Shown in pieces: positions 1 through 13,595 of a DNA stretch of 64,000 bases. The translations under genes and the position numbers were made by a program. The first letter of the stretch is position 1, and each line of letters begins with the position of its first letter. Origin of the DNA: Octopus vulgaris (Eukaryota); contig OX597816.1 of NCBI GenBank assembly GCA_951406725.2, forward strand, positions 123,628,001 through 123,692,000, read 5' to 3'. The notes beneath the pieces were generated by a model, which was not told where the DNA came from, did not search any database, and saw nothing but the letters and a program-made list of their open reading frames with translations.

Positions 1-560
1 CTTTACAAAGCTGCTCAATTACAACCTACTTCTATCATTTCTCATTTCTTGGATTAGAGGATTCCTGTTAGATTGCTCCATTGCACCATGTATCAATAGG
101 TCTCCCTCTAATGCCAGTTAATCAACTAGGATGTGTCTCAAGGTTTTGTGATATCTCTCTCACTTCTTTCTTTATTTTTAACAACCTGCTTAATGTTACT
201 TCTAACCAGACTTGCATATACTCTAGTACAGATGATATAAGATTTAAAGTCTCAGCAACTTTTCCCAAACACAACTTCCTCAGAGGCAAGTAAAACATTT
301 TTCACAAAATATTTATAAACTCCATGCACAAAAACATCTTATATATCCTATAAGTATAGGAGACTTTTACAAACTCTGTCTGATTCACTTACATCAAAAC
401 AGTCTGTGGAAATATTTAGATAACCTGTGATAAGCACAATATCTCTAAAAATTATACTGCACCTTAGACCTGGAGTTGCCTTTTCAGGAGAGAGAAATAT
501 GTAAGTTCTACACATTTGCTGACCCTCCACAGAGTAGATAACATTACTACACATGCGAAT
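1..560 (+). pseudogene. Heavily decayed non-LTR reverse transcriptase fragment (CR1/L2/Jockey-like)
   Basis: Frameshifted translation gives SQGFVISLSLLSLF (resembles GVPQGSVLSPLLF) followed by FIFNNLLNVTSNQTCIYSSTDDI (resembles FINDL...YADD). The right boundary is approximate. Confidence 0.5.
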
Positions 561-1009
561 GCATGTCTAGTAATAAATACCACATCTGAAACTAGTCATT
601 CAACTGTAAGGTGTGTCTTCATTCATTAACACTCAACATCTAATAACTCAAAGTCATCACATGTTCTCTCTTTCTTCTACTACTTTCTCTCTTTCTTCTA
701 CTACAATTATCTTTGCACTTCTCAGTAAGTTGTGCGTCATTTTCATTCAAATTCATTTGATTCCCCTTTCTTTCTTCCCTTCATCATGCTTTTGTAGTTC
801 ACCCCTTGACTTTTTCTGATCCTGTGTTCCCCCAACATTATCTTCCCCACAAGAAAACTTTCTCATTAAAAACATCAAGTTCAGTCTCAACTTCACTACT
901 CTGAGAGATCCTGTATAAGCTTTGGTTAATGTGCATCCACAGAAAGATGGTACATTTTTTTCTTATAATTCTTTCTATTCTTGTAGTTTTGTTATACAAT
1001 GTTCTTAAA

Positions 1010-1200
1010 GTGGTGAACTGGCAGAATCCTTAGCATGCTGGACAAAATATTTAATGGCACTTTGTCTGTCTTTATATCCTAAGTTCAAATTCTACTGAGG
1101 TTGACTTTGCCTTTGGTCCTTTCAAAACCAGTGACATAAGTACCAGTTAATGTAATCAACCAACTCCTTCCCACAAAAGTCTCCAATCTCATTTCTATTG
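1010..1200 (+). mobile_element. tRNA-derived SINE, family A (decayed)
   Basis: Head GTGGTGAACTGGCAGAATC, B-box-like AAGTTCAAATTC and body GACTTTGCCTTT...AAGTACCAGTT, shared with many copies in the window. Confidence 0.7.
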
Positions 1201-1765
1201 CAGAAAAGTTTGTACTTTCTAATAATTTGTTTTCAAATCTAAGAATACAAATCTAAGAATATAATTGGAAATGCTACACTGAAGAGAGAAGTAAGTAATT
1301 AAGCACTTTAATCTTCAAATGCGCATGTGGCTAATCGGAGTCATGTTGATTCATTATTTTTCGCTTTGCCTATGTAAAAAAGTGTGTTACTGTTGTGGAG
1401 ATTCTTACAGTAGTAGAAAAGGAATTTTTAACTCTTATTTCTAAATTCAGTATGTGGTGAAGTGATTAGCTGACCCCTAATTATAATTATGTTTATAAAT
1501 ATAGAGTATTTGTATAATTTTACCAATAAAGGTTTTTTTAATGTACAGATCAACTTGGTAAAATTATTAATTAATTGATTGATTAATTAATTAATCTAAT
1601 TGATTAATTTTACCCTTTTATTATTAATCTAAGAATACATGTTCAGAAGCAAATATTAAATCGGGGTTGCATTATATATAGAAATAATCTAAAAATTATT
1701 TGCTGAGAGCAAAGCAGCTAGTTAGAAAATCTCTATAAGAGATGAAATTACTAACTATACAGAGA

Positions 1766-1951
1766 AATAGTGTTTGTCACCTTTCAACATGAATGTTCTG
1801 TACAAACCAACATTACTACCCTGTTTGTAATATATATTGGGTGTGACTTGTATCAATAACCAGCTAGAGGATGCGTCCTCTTGAGGTTAAAAAATGGTAG
1901 TAATGTCAGTTTGTATGGAACAGCCATGTTGAAGTGGCAACTAACATTATT
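1766..1951. mobile_element. MITE-like fold-back remnant with ~55-bp imperfect inverted repeats
   Basis: TTCAACATGAATGTTCTGTACAAACCAACATTACTACC pairs imperfectly with GGTAGTAATGTCAGTTTGTATGGAACAGCCATGTTGAA. Confidence 0.5.
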
Positions 1952-3479
1952 TGCAGAAACTTATACCAAAATTATAGACTCAGCATAGCAGCACACCCTA
2001 TCCCACTGGTACTATCTCACATTCTCAGATTAAATCAAAGGAAAGAAAGTAAGCAAACCTCTTCACATCTCACTTCTGCTCTGCATTTCACATAATTTAT
2101 CATTACATCTAATAGAATATACTCAATTTAGTTCTCTCAAGTGACTGCAATAGATCTGTACTAACCACACAATTAATTGCTTTATATCACTGTTCTCATT
2201 AGATATACCAGTAAATAAAAGGAAGGCAGTAATTGATGTTCAAAATAATGAGACTTAATAAAAGGGGAAGTAGGTTTAGCATTAAAATAATTTACTGTAA
2301 TTATCAACAACTGATGTAAATTCTTCAAAACTTAAAATGAAATCAATATATTTGTTAATCCAAGTAACTAGTTATATCATGTTATTAATTGGCATATTTT
2401 CATGTTAACTATTAGTCCAAACCAACTCTTGATAATTCCTTTTGATAAATTGAAGGTAGGTTAGTTTCCACCACATTAAATTAATGTCTGCCACAATCTT
2501 GCAACACTCATTCACTATATTCTTATCACATATTCACATCAACATATTTTTCCCAAACTGAACTAGACATTTTATATTCCCACCTGAGATTTAAATTCAT
2601 TCAAACATAAAGAATAGTACAAATTCTGTTCGTATATAATGTCTGTCTATTTACATTTACTCTGCCTATTTCACTGTCATACCAATCATTTGACACACCA
2701 ACTATATAGCTTTCCTACAGACAATTCTAAAATAAACTAATACTCAAAGCAAAATGATATATGTTTGTCAATTAGCAAATGTGATGGTCTTTTAACCCAA
2801 CTTACTTCATCGAAAGTTATATTCTTACTCCCAACACTGAAAGATATATTCTTATTCCCAACACATCAGAACTTCCATTAATTTATAGAATTTTCTTTTG
2901 GTATTTCATTCGATTCTTAATTCACTTCTGTATTGTCACTGAACTGTGTTTTCGCAACATTTTGTTTTTCTTATATTAAATTGAACAACTTGTCATTTTT
3001 CACTTTTCAATCATATACTCCACACTCAGTTCTACTTGCTACACAGAGAAGCAAGTTTTGTAAGAATTGTGATGAGCAGTTTCAACTATGGCACATCACT
3101 GTTGACAGTAATGGAAACTAATGGCTTTTCTCCTGCTAAGCTTTGACCTTTTGTTCTCTGTCACTCCTTTATAGCTTTCTTGGAGGAACCCTAAATAACA
3201 ACTTGTTGAAGTGTCTTTTAAAAGTTTTCATGTACATATTTGGCAAATTTTATTGAGACACCAGTGTGAGTCTATGATAATTTAGTGAACATCAATAGAA
3301 TATGAACTAAACAATTATCCAGTTGAAGATGGAGATGCAAATTCGCTTTATTTACATTTCTATTGCTCTTAAGAAAGTCATGAACATTGCCCTTAGATAA
3401 TATCCATCCTGTAACAAACAGGATCCTTGTGCTTAATTGGAAAATAAAAATCAATAATATTCAGAATTTAGGGTATAAT

Positions 3480-3820
3480 ACACACACACACACATGTTAA
3501 ATGCATAGAGTATATATGCACATAACTTTATACACATACACTTGCATGTATGCATACACCCACACAGACACATGCACTTGCAAGAATGCATGCACACACA
3601 CATGCATGTGTATACACATGCACAAACACAAGGAGTATATCCACACACACTGCTTCATATACACACAGACATATGCATGTGTTGCCATGCACACACATGC
3701 ATACACAAACAATACCTTCACAGACCCACACATGCCTGCCCCACACTCATGTGTGCACAAAGACACATATACACATGCATACATTAACATCATACACACA
3801 CATGCTTGCTCACACACAGA
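3480..3820. repeat. Degenerate (CA)n/(TA)n compound microsatellite
   Basis: Alternating purine-pyrimidine tract. It explains the overlapping low-complexity ORFs here. Confidence 0.85.
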
Positions 3821-4069
3821 TTAACACCAGGTCACTGTAGTTTCCCTTGCCACTTATGTCTCAAGCCAGCTTCTTCCTCTCCCAGTCATTTCAGCATACC
3901 TTGACTGTTTACTTCAAACATGATTGACTTTTTCTTTCCAATTTTTTTCCTCTCCTGTCCTTTCTGAAAAAGAGCATAAGCTTGAAACATTAAAGGCTTC
4001 TTCTATTTTACCTGAGAGTAAACCTAATACAACCTGTCTGTTTCTTTACCTCATCTTTGTTTTTTATAT

Positions 4070-4717
4070 ATTTGATGGGAAAGGTGATATCAGTTTGGCT
4101 CATATTGCCATCATGGTGAATTCCTCAGCTGAATTGAAGAACAGGGTATTTCTAGACTTAAGTAATAGTTATAATCTACATAAATGGTTGGGTGAAAGAG
4201 CAATTCTTGCTCCAAAAAATGAGATAGAAGCAAGGATTAACCATGAATTAGCAAATAAGATTCCAACAGTCATTAAGGAGTACAAATCAGTTGATGAAAA
4301 TCAAGCTGTCCATTACCCAACAGAGTTCCTTAATTCTCTTGAGCCACCTGAAATTCTTTCTCATAAACTTATACTGAAGGTAGGAGACCTAATAATGTTT
4401 GTAAGGAATTTAGATCCTCCTAAATTATGCAATGGGACAAAGTTGATTATGAAGACATTATCACCTAATGTGATAGAAGCTATCATCACTGGATGTGCCT
4501 CTGAGGAAGAGGTTTTCACTCCAAGAATTCCAATCAAACATTATTAGTTTATATTATGAATTCAGTATTGATTTCCCAATTAAAGAATAAATTGTATCCC
4601 AATGGAAGAATAAATTGAATTGAGAATAACAAATTTCTATACAACATATTTTACTTTTTTTCTTTCAATATATAAGGAACAATTTCATTCCTGGGCAATG
4701 CTGGGTGTCTCTGCTAG
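4070..4717 (+). mobile_element. Helitron 3' fragment: PIF1-like RepHel helicase C-terminus plus 3' terminus
   Basis: ORF 3924..4547 contains ERAILAPKN, YPTEFLNSLEPP, LILKVG, RNLDPPKLCNGT and FTPRIP. A GC hairpin CCTGGGCAATGCTGGG at 4690-4705 is followed by CTAG|T at 4714-4718. Confidence 0.9.
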
Positions 4718-4897
4718 TATATCGTTAAATCCACAAGTATTTTTTTAATTCTCTCTCTGTTTATTTTCTCTTATTTCTTTCTGTTGAAGAGCCTAGGCTC
4801 AAAATGTAAAAGACTTTCTCACTTTCCTAAGCATCAAGCTAATACACCTGCTTGTTGTTCATACACCTGTCTTTGTCTTTTTCTGTAAATTTCAACT

Positions 4898-4898
4898 A

Positions 4899-4932
<34 letters not shown>

Positions 4933-5042
4933 CATACATACATACATACACACATACATGCATACATATATACATACATACATACATACATACATACACA
5001 CGTACATACATACATACATACATACATACATACATACATACA

Positions 5043-5074
<32 letters not shown>

Positions 5075-5078
5075 CATA
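4898..5078. repeat. (TACA)n microsatellite
   Basis: Read directly from the sequence. Confidence 0.95.
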
Positions 5079-5870
5079 CAGGGTGTTTGGGCTATATTTG
5101 ATAATTTTTTTTTTATGAACATCTAGATGTATTGGTAAACAGTCAAAAGATTAAATTTGCAGCTGAGAAAAAGTTAGCTGACATGGAGGACTGGAGCCAT
5201 TTGAATACTGGAAAAGATTTACCTGTATTATGATGATTCATACTGGTATCAAATTGTTGACACCATGACTATTGCTCAAAGGTTTGTGAATCCTACAAAG
5301 GGTGTAAGACATAACATGGACATCATATAAACCAAGCTCCCTCAAAATGTGATGGTGTTTTGGTGTGTCTCCAGTGAAGGTTATGTCATGTCAGCCCACA
5401 TCATTGAAGAAGGTCTTATGCTCAATTCAGAAGTTAGGTGAAGCTGTTGGAGACTGCAGTCAAACTGCAAGTGGAGACGGTGCTGCTTGAAAGCCATATG
5501 TTTCGAAACAGGATTCAGCTCCTTGTCATACATCTGGAAAGTGTTAGAAGTGTATGCCAAAGAATTTATATGACGACACCAGCCCCATCAATTTCTGAGC
5601 TCCTTATTCCCTCAATTAATGCCATAGATTACTATGTGTAGGGCATGGCTGAGAAAGACAGCAACCACTCTGTCTGCAATACCAAGGCTGAGTTATTGAC
5701 CAAGATCAAAGAGTGTTTGAAGATCTTCTCGGTGACCCAGTGAGGACTGTATGTTCCAGGTTCCAGAGCCATCAAGTGGCCATTGTGGAAGGTGAGGGCT
5801 GCTACTTTGAGTAAACTGTTATCTCCCAGCAATAATCTAGCTGATATTTTTTGATTTATTGAAGTACTTT
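5079..5870 (+). mobile_element. Decayed maT (DD37D) Tc1/mariner-superfamily transposon
   Basis: Terminus TA|CAGGGTGTTTGGGCTA. Frameshifted transposase motifs VMVFWCVSSEG, QDSAPCHTSG, NAIDYYV and CNTKAELLTKIKE. Confidence 0.8.
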
Positions 5871-5939
5871 ATTATTGGCTATAGCATGGAAGGCAGATGT
5901 TAAACGATGATAATAATGATGATGATGATGATATATATA

Positions 5940-6110
5940 TGTGTGCTGAGCTTCTTTCAGTTCCTGTATACCAAATCCATTCACAAGGCTTTGGTTGGCC
6001 AGGCACTATAGTATAAGACACCTGCCTGACTGCCCGAGATGCTAAGCAGTGGGACTGAACCTGGAGCCACGTACTTGGAAAGCAAACTTCTTACTACACA
6101 ACCACACCTG
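5940..6110 (-). mobile_element. tRNA-derived SINE, family B
   Basis: Reverse complement matches the family-B head and body (GGTTCAGTCCCACTG...GGAACTGAAAGAAG). Confidence 0.7.
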
Positions 6111-6607
6111 TTTAGGCAACAGCAAATGTAAGTGGTCTAGGAACATAAACATTCCAACAAATATGACTAGTGTTAACCTCATAAGGCACAATGTACGAAA
6201 TGCTATTTATCCTCTGTGACTATAATTTCAAGCAGATTTACTGAACTACAAAACTCTAAGAGGGCAATATATTTAAGTCAATGGTATCTGTGACAGCAGA
6301 AAAGTAATAATGTTCATTCTCCTTGAATTGAAGTCTGAAATCTTACTGAAACAAGAAGGTGTTAAAACAAAACCTGAAGCAAAAACAAAACAAGAATGCG
6401 TTTTCTATAGGCATGAATGACTTGTTTTCTGTAAAGTCAATGTTTTTGACAAATGATATGTCAGGAAAAATTGAAAAACTGATTAGTTTCAGAAATAATA
6501 CCATGGTTTGGTTTACCTAGCTGAAAGAAACATTCATCTTGCTTAGTGTAAGAATATGTTTTGTGAAAGCTTTCAACACACACTCTAAGTATATCTTTTA
6601 CATACTC

Positions 6608-6653
<46 letters not shown>

Positions 6654-6692
6654 CATATATAAATGTATATGTATATATATATATATATACAT

Positions 6693-6739
<47 letters not shown>

Positions 6740-6860
6740 TATATGTATATATGTATATATATATACACACACATATAACTCCAAGAATAGCATTGACTGT
6801 ATTATCTATTCCTTCATTTTATACATGCATACACAAGTGAGATAGAGTAATATACATACA

Positions 6861-6892
<32 letters not shown>

Positions 6893-6909
6893 CACACACA
6901 CACACACAT

Positions 6910-6960
<51 letters not shown>

Positions 6961-8464
6961 ATGCACACACACACACAAAGAAAAAGATTCAAAGAAGAAA
7001 AGAGAGAATATGTATGTATGTGTAAAACAATATAATCCTACAGTCAAGAGGGAAGCAAACATAAAAAAAGGAAACAAAAACAAAAGGAAGATAGAATGGT
7101 CAACTCGATGTACTTCAGCATTATTTCTTAGTAATATTAACTTGGTTGAAGAAAATAAACTGAATTGCCTGTAGAAGGAATTCATACAGGCAGTAGTACT
7201 GTTGGTGTGTATGTATTGTGTGTCTTTGCATTGCAAAGATATAATATAGAGTGAATACTGGATAGAAACCCAATTTCCTTTATTACCAGAATCATTTTAT
7301 TTTTTGCTTTTTATCTTTTACTTGTTTCAGTCATTAGATTGTGTGACCATGCTGGGGCATCACATTGAAGAATTTTAGTTGAATGAATTTGACACCAGTA
7401 CTTGTTATTTTATTTTTTGTAAAACCTTGTACTTATTCTATAGATACTTATTCTATCGACACCACTGCCACCACTCTCATCCCCACCACCACAGTCAAAT
7501 TATCCCATCACCCCTACAACCAATATCACCACTCCTCTTCCAAAATTACCAGAAACATCATATCTACTATTGCAACGTCTTCTCTTCTGTGAGCCCACAA
7601 TTGCTGATACAAATGTGGGTACCTTTTTTTCTTAAGCTTGGCAGAGCCTATTTATTGTCCTTCCAAGTTTAACCGAAGTTGATTAATTCCACAGCGAGAG
7701 GTGGAAGAGAAAGAGAAAGAAGGAGGAGAGAGAGAGGGAGAGAAGTGTTAATAATATTATTCAACAAATATTTCATTTATAAACTCTGAAGAGATTATAG
7801 ACAAAGTTGGCTACAGTAAGATTTGAACTTACAAGTACAGAGAACCAAAACAATATGATCAGGCAATGACATTACCAGTTCACTGCTTACTTTCACTACT
7901 ACCTATTCTTCTGACCAGCACTGTTTAATTCTAAACAATACCACTGCCAGCACTGTGAAAGCTTCCATCATAACAGCTAGGCCTGCTACCCTAACATACT
8001 GTTGCCAATGATTGCATCACTATCACTTCTCAACTAGAGCAATCCAATCACTGCCACTGCTATTATCAGTCAGTAAATCAGTCATAGAAACCACTTGGAA
8101 TATTGAGTTATTGACTTTTGTAGCCAGGACGGAAGCATCAAGTGACTATTCTTATTAACGGAGAAAATGAGCCTATCACAAATCTATGGACAGAGAAAGC
8201 TTCTGGTAGCTTTCTTGCTTTATCTCATGCTAACACTAAAATTAAACTTTGATTTTCAAAGACAAAATGAGAAAATAATGTAAGCTAAAATTAATGAAAT
8301 AACATAACACGTCATTTTCTCCTTTGTGCTCACAAAGACTTTGAGAAGAGTCAATTTACACACCTACACAGCATAAAACCTAGTATTTGTGAGTTCTAGA
8401 CTCATCTTATGAAGATGCACACAACATACAATATAGCACTTTTCTACGTTATGCATACCTTACA

Positions 8465-8675
8465 AATTGGTTTCAAATGTTGGCACAAGGCCAGCAATTT
8501 TGGGAATGGAGTAAGTTAAATCAGCCCCATTGTTCAATTGGTACTCCTTTTATCAGATTCAAAAGAATAAAAGGCACAGTCTGCCTCAGTGGGATTTGAA
8601 CTCAGAATGTAAAGTCAGTTGAAATGCTGCTAAACATCTTGCCCAGCATACTAATGACTTTGCCAGCTTGCAGCC
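8465..8675 (-). mobile_element. tRNA-derived SINE, family A
   Basis: GGATTTGAACTCAGAATGT...TTGCCAGCT, the reverse complement of the family-A head. Confidence 0.7.
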
Positions 8676-9440
8676 TTGATACATACCTTACATGTTATTA
8701 TTTACTATTTAACACTAATTTATTGATACATTACTGCATATAAGGAATTATCCTTATCATACATTGAACATTATCAATATACTACTGCAAGGATGAGAAC
8801 ATATTTAATATAGAATATTATCTGTACAGCTCACCCAGACATTATCAATAAGGCATTATATGTAGAGCACTGCTATGAACAGTATACAACTTATATTAGA
8901 GTATTAATGGTAAAGCGCTACTAGGCATTATCCATGTCATTTCACTGATTATCACCACTACAGTACAATAGGACACAGAGCATAGCCATGGCTAGGCAAT
9001 GAAAGCAGACAGCAATTAATTGAAAAAGTCATAGAATAAGTGGATAGATACTTAGAGGGAGAGATAGAGAGAAGCAGTATTATAAGCGTAATATTGATTT
9101 TTAGCATCAAGAGACAGTCCCACATCTAGGGAGCAAGTGATGTATAGTTGATTTAAAACAATCCCCAGTACATGAAAGCTATTTATTTATCACCCACCAC
9201 CTGCCTCACCAATCGAATGGAAACCAAGCTGGAACATAAAAGAACACAACATAGCATTGGAATTTTATCAGTTATTCTATTTAATTTACCATCTTTAATC
9301 ATTAACAATAAGTGGCAGTAGCAGCAACAACAACAACAAAAACAGCAGCAGCAGTAGGAGGAGCAGTAATAGGAAGAAATAAAAACAAAACAAAATAGTT
9401 ATTGGGAAGTTCAATAGAAAAGCTTCTTGACATTGTTTAA

Positions 9441-9662
9441 CCCTTTTGTTACCGTATTTATTTTGAGATGCTCTGTATTTCTTTGAATTAATTATAAATA
9501 TAACAAAGGATTTAGTAAAATAACTTAGGTATCATTAAGCTAGTGTTAGGAACATAAACTGTGACTAAGGTTTGGCAGAAGATTTTTATTTAAAACTTAT
9601 GAAAACAAGACATTTGTACTACAGAGCCAGAGCCGGTTTCAGCTGGGTTGGTAACAAAAGGG
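9441..9662. mobile_element. piggyBac-type MITE
   Basis: TTAA target duplication (9437-40, 9663-66) and perfect 13-bp TIRs CCCTTTTGTTACC/GGTAACAAAAGGG. Two more copies occur in the window. Confidence 0.9.
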
Positions 9663-9784
9663 TTAAGATCACTGCCTTTGAACTAAAATCCTATGAAGTA
9701 GAATTTGAAGTAGTTGGAGAATATGGGGGTGGGATTAGTTAATGACAAGTAAATATATGATTTCAGGTTACCAAACCTGATGTA

Positions 9785-11099
9785 CAGGGTGTTCGGGCTA
9801 AATTTGAGTTTGCAAAAAAAGAAAAGGACATGCAATATCACATCAAAAATAAAAGTATTTCAAGAAATCTGTAACAGGATGAGAGGTCTCCACACTGGAT
9901 GGGTGCAGCTCACATCCTTTACATTAAATAGCAATCGAAGAAAGAGTCATGAATTCCGATTAACTTCAACAGTATAAATATTTATTCCTTGATTCGCAAT
10001 ATATACATTTCCTTCCTATGGGTGAATCAGCAGCCTAGGAGCTTATTGCAGTAGTCAAGTGGAGTGAGTCAATCCTCTCCATTCAAGCATAGTGGAGATA
10101 CACCACGAGGTAGCAGCTTGAGAGAGCTGATAAAACATGTCTGTCTTGTTCAGCTGTTGGCGTTCAAGAGAGCAATATGAGAGAATTTCGCTACTGGTAG
10201 TTTTCTGCTCATGTGCACAAGAGAACTTCCGGCAGGCTTCCCAGAAGACTCCAACCTTGCGCATGCATGCTGGAGATTTCCAAGATAGCGTCACTACAAA
10301 TCAAAATGTGCCAACTGCATTACTGTTAGGAGATAACTGTTTACTCAATGTAGCTCTCACTTCCACCACAGCCTCAAGACAGCTCCAGAACTTGATGCAT
10401 GCATTCATCCCTATGTTTCTGGAAAGATCATCAAATAGCTCGTTGATCTTGGCCACTAACTTGGCTTTGGTGTTACAGTCAGAGCATATTAATCCATGGG
10501 AATACAATCAGTGGATTTAGGAAGCCAGAATTAGGGCTGATGTAGTTGTAGAAATTCTTCAATGATCACTTCTGGCTTTTTCCAGAGGTGTGGCAAGGAG
10601 CTGAATCCTGCTGCCATGCATATGGCCTTCAAGAAACAACTCTCTCCAGCCAGAGTCTGACCAGTCTGTGGCAACTTCACATGGACATCTGAATTGTGCC
10701 GAATGCCCTGTTCATCAGTCGTTGGATGACTTCTGGTATGCAGACATAGAACGTTTGCTGTATTCCTTTCTGCTGGCCATAGCTTCATAATTTCCACTGC
10801 AGTTTTCATGTCACATCTCACAGCTTTTACACTGTTCATAAAAACACTGAGCAGCCATCATGATGTCAGCATTTTGAAATATGGCATAAATTATCATAAT
10901 TTATGTAAATCATTTCTAATATTCAGATGGCTTCCAGCCCTCCATGCCAGCTAAATTTTTCTTAACTATAACTATAATTTTTCTTAACTATAACTATAAT
11001 TTTCTTAACAATAACTATAATTTTTATGTTCTCCAATGCCATTGACTATTCACCAATGCATGAAGCTGTTTCTGAAAAAAAATTAGCCTGAGCATCATG
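9785..11099 (-). mobile_element. maT (DD37D) transposon with both TIRs, decayed, with an internal insertion
   Basis: TA|CAGGGTGTTCGGGCTAA ... TTAGCCTGAGCATCATG|TA. Minus-strand transposase C-terminus CNTKAKLVAKINELF...ACIKFWSCLEAVVE. About 9870-10290 appears unrelated to the transposase. Confidence 0.8.
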
Positions 11100-12175
11100 T
11101 AAAACTGATTATAAAAGCAAGCTCAACGAAGTTGAATGCTTTGAGTCACAAAATATTTGCCAGCATTAACAAAAGACAAAAGAAAAGGTTTTTGAAGAAA
11201 TATAGAATAAGAAACTTTCCAAAAGCATGGATATTCCTACTGACTGGATAGCTAAAACAAATTCCCATAACACCATTAGAAAAAAACAGCAGATTGAAAG
11301 CATCTTCTAATAGATATTTCAATCCCAATAGCCCTAAAAGGAAAAGATGTACAATGTTCTATTAACAGAGCTATCTAGAATGTGAGGATGATGGAAAACA
11401 AAAGCAATCATTATTAGAATATAGGCTTGGGTTGATTAAAAAGAAACATAGGAAACAGACATACGAAAGGCTCTTGAATTGTTTCTGTCTATATACTAGT
11501 CATGTTTGCCATGCAGCTTTCAACTTTTCTACATGGCACTGTAGATGCCTTCCACTACAGCTACATGTTGATCAATAGCTTATGAGTAAAATTTGGTACA
11601 TATAAACTATACAGAAGTCTTTCATGTGTGTGTTTGATGGGTGTATTTCAGAGTTTCAATTGTCTGGTATTTCACTTAATATGAGACCATGAAATAAAAA
11701 TTCTCTCTTGAGAGCCATTTTAGTCATTTAATTGACACAGTTCTACTCCAGTGGAATTGTATCAGTGATCACAAGGGACAAAAATACTGTCACCTTTCCA
11801 GATAAATGGAATTATCAATATAAAAGTTTCCATTTGCTTTTAGGTGGCTAAAATGGCTCATCCATGATGTAATTGTAATGTGTGCATGAATAATTACATA
11901 ACATATACATGTATTTACATGCATGCATTTATACATACATACATACATACATGCATGCATACATACATACATACATACATACATACATACATACATACAT
12001 ACATACATACATACATACATACATACATGCATGCATAAGTTAACGAAATTGGTGATGAGTATTTACAACAGTGTGATGAAACCACATACTGGCAGATTAA
12101 CACCTGTTTATATTCTCTGGCTACTAGTGTAAAACAGGACATGAATGATATTCAAAAAGTAAACAAAAAGTAAAC

Positions 12176-13365
12176 ATGCTTATTGCATGCAATCAAACAA
12201 ATCACCATACGTCCCACCAACAGAAAGTAAAGAAAGAGATAGAAGTGATGTTTGGAGACAGCAAAAAGAGGAGACTCAATTGCAAACAGATTACTCTCAA
12301 GCAGGAGCTAAAAGCTGTCAGTGAAAAACTCCGACATCAGAAGAGAATAACTGAAAGAAGAACAATAAAGAAAAAATTTAACCACAACCAGGCAGCAGTA
12401 TACAGAGACATGAGAGGAGGAGCAGTGAACATCATGGAAGCTCCTTCACAAGAAGACATAGACTCCTTCTGGAGGAAAATCTGGAGTGAAAAGAAGGAAT
12501 TTAACCAAGATACTCTGTGGTTGGAAGAAATCTGAAAAAGTTATTGCTCCTGTATTACATCCAAGACATACAACATTGAAGGTGAAACTCTTGCAACTGT
12601 GATCCAGAAACTTCAGGATGGAAAAGCACCTGGAAGAGGCTTGGTTGTTGGATATAGGTTCAAGAAGCTATCATTCTACCGACCATATCTTATCAATCTG
12701 AAGCAGCAAGCTTTCATTGGGAACAGTAGCATACCAGAATGGTTAGCTCCAGCAGAGACAAAATTGATTCCCAAACTCAGAACTACCTATGTGGCAAAAA
12801 AATACCAGCCAATTGCATGCCAGAACTTAATGTATAAGATATATACAGCATGTTTAAACCTCTTCCTCCAGGACCATTGTGGAACCAATAACATTATCAG
12901 AGCAGAAGAAGCAGCTGAGAAGAAGGGAGTCTGGGGATGTACCGATCAATTGTTAATCAACAAAACTGTGATATCAGAGGTGCAAGAGCATAGGAGGAAC
13001 CAAGTTTCAATGTGGCTAGACTACAAGAAAGCCTTTGACCTTATACCCCACTAATGGATGCTAGAAGCCCCTCAACTTGCTGAAGTTCCAGTGAGAATAG
13101 TCAAAGCCATAGCTGACCTAATTTCATCGTGGGCCACCATCTTGAAATTAAACACAATGAGTGACTGTGCTATCACCGATAGAATACAGTATCACAAAGG
13201 CGTATTCCAAGGAGACAGCCTCTCTATGATGTTGTTTATACTTTCTGTAAAACCCTTGTCATTCATGTTGAGGAAGTCTGAAGGATATCTCCCTGGTTCA
13301 CAAGGAAACAAAAATACCAGAATTACACACTGTTTCTTTGTGAATGACTTAAAACCAGAAGTCTA
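12176..13365 (+). pseudogene. R4/Dong-clade non-LTR retrotransposon reverse transcriptase fragment (in-frame stops)
   Basis: Collinear ORFs 12176-13366 contain KAPG, IPEWL, YQPIACQNLMYK, GCTDQLLINK, WLDYKKAFDLIPH, GVFQGDSLS and HCFFVNDLK. Confidence 0.85.
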
Positions 13366-13397
13366 GAACAAATACAGTCTCTGTATTAAGCTAAATG

Positions 13398-13595
13398 TGG
13401 AGGTGCGTGGCTTAGTGGTTAGGGTGTCAGCACCATGATCGTAAGATTGTGGTTTCGATTCCTGCACCAGATGATGCGTTGTGTTCTTGAGCAAAACACT
13501 TTGTTTCATGTTGCTCCAGTCCACTCAGCTGGCAAAAATGAGTAATGCTGCAATGGACTGGCGTCCTGTCAGCTGGGGAACACATACGCCATAGA
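13398..13595 (+). mobile_element. tRNA-derived SINE, family C
   Basis: A-box TGGCTTAGTGG, B-box GGTTTCGATTCC and body CTTGAGCAAAACACTT...TGCTCCAGTCCACTCAGCTG. Confidence 0.75.

Noticed and set aside
13398-13470. tRNA gene (likewise the other SINE heads)
   Set aside because: A and B boxes are present but there is no complete cloverleaf, and the sequence continues into a SINE body.
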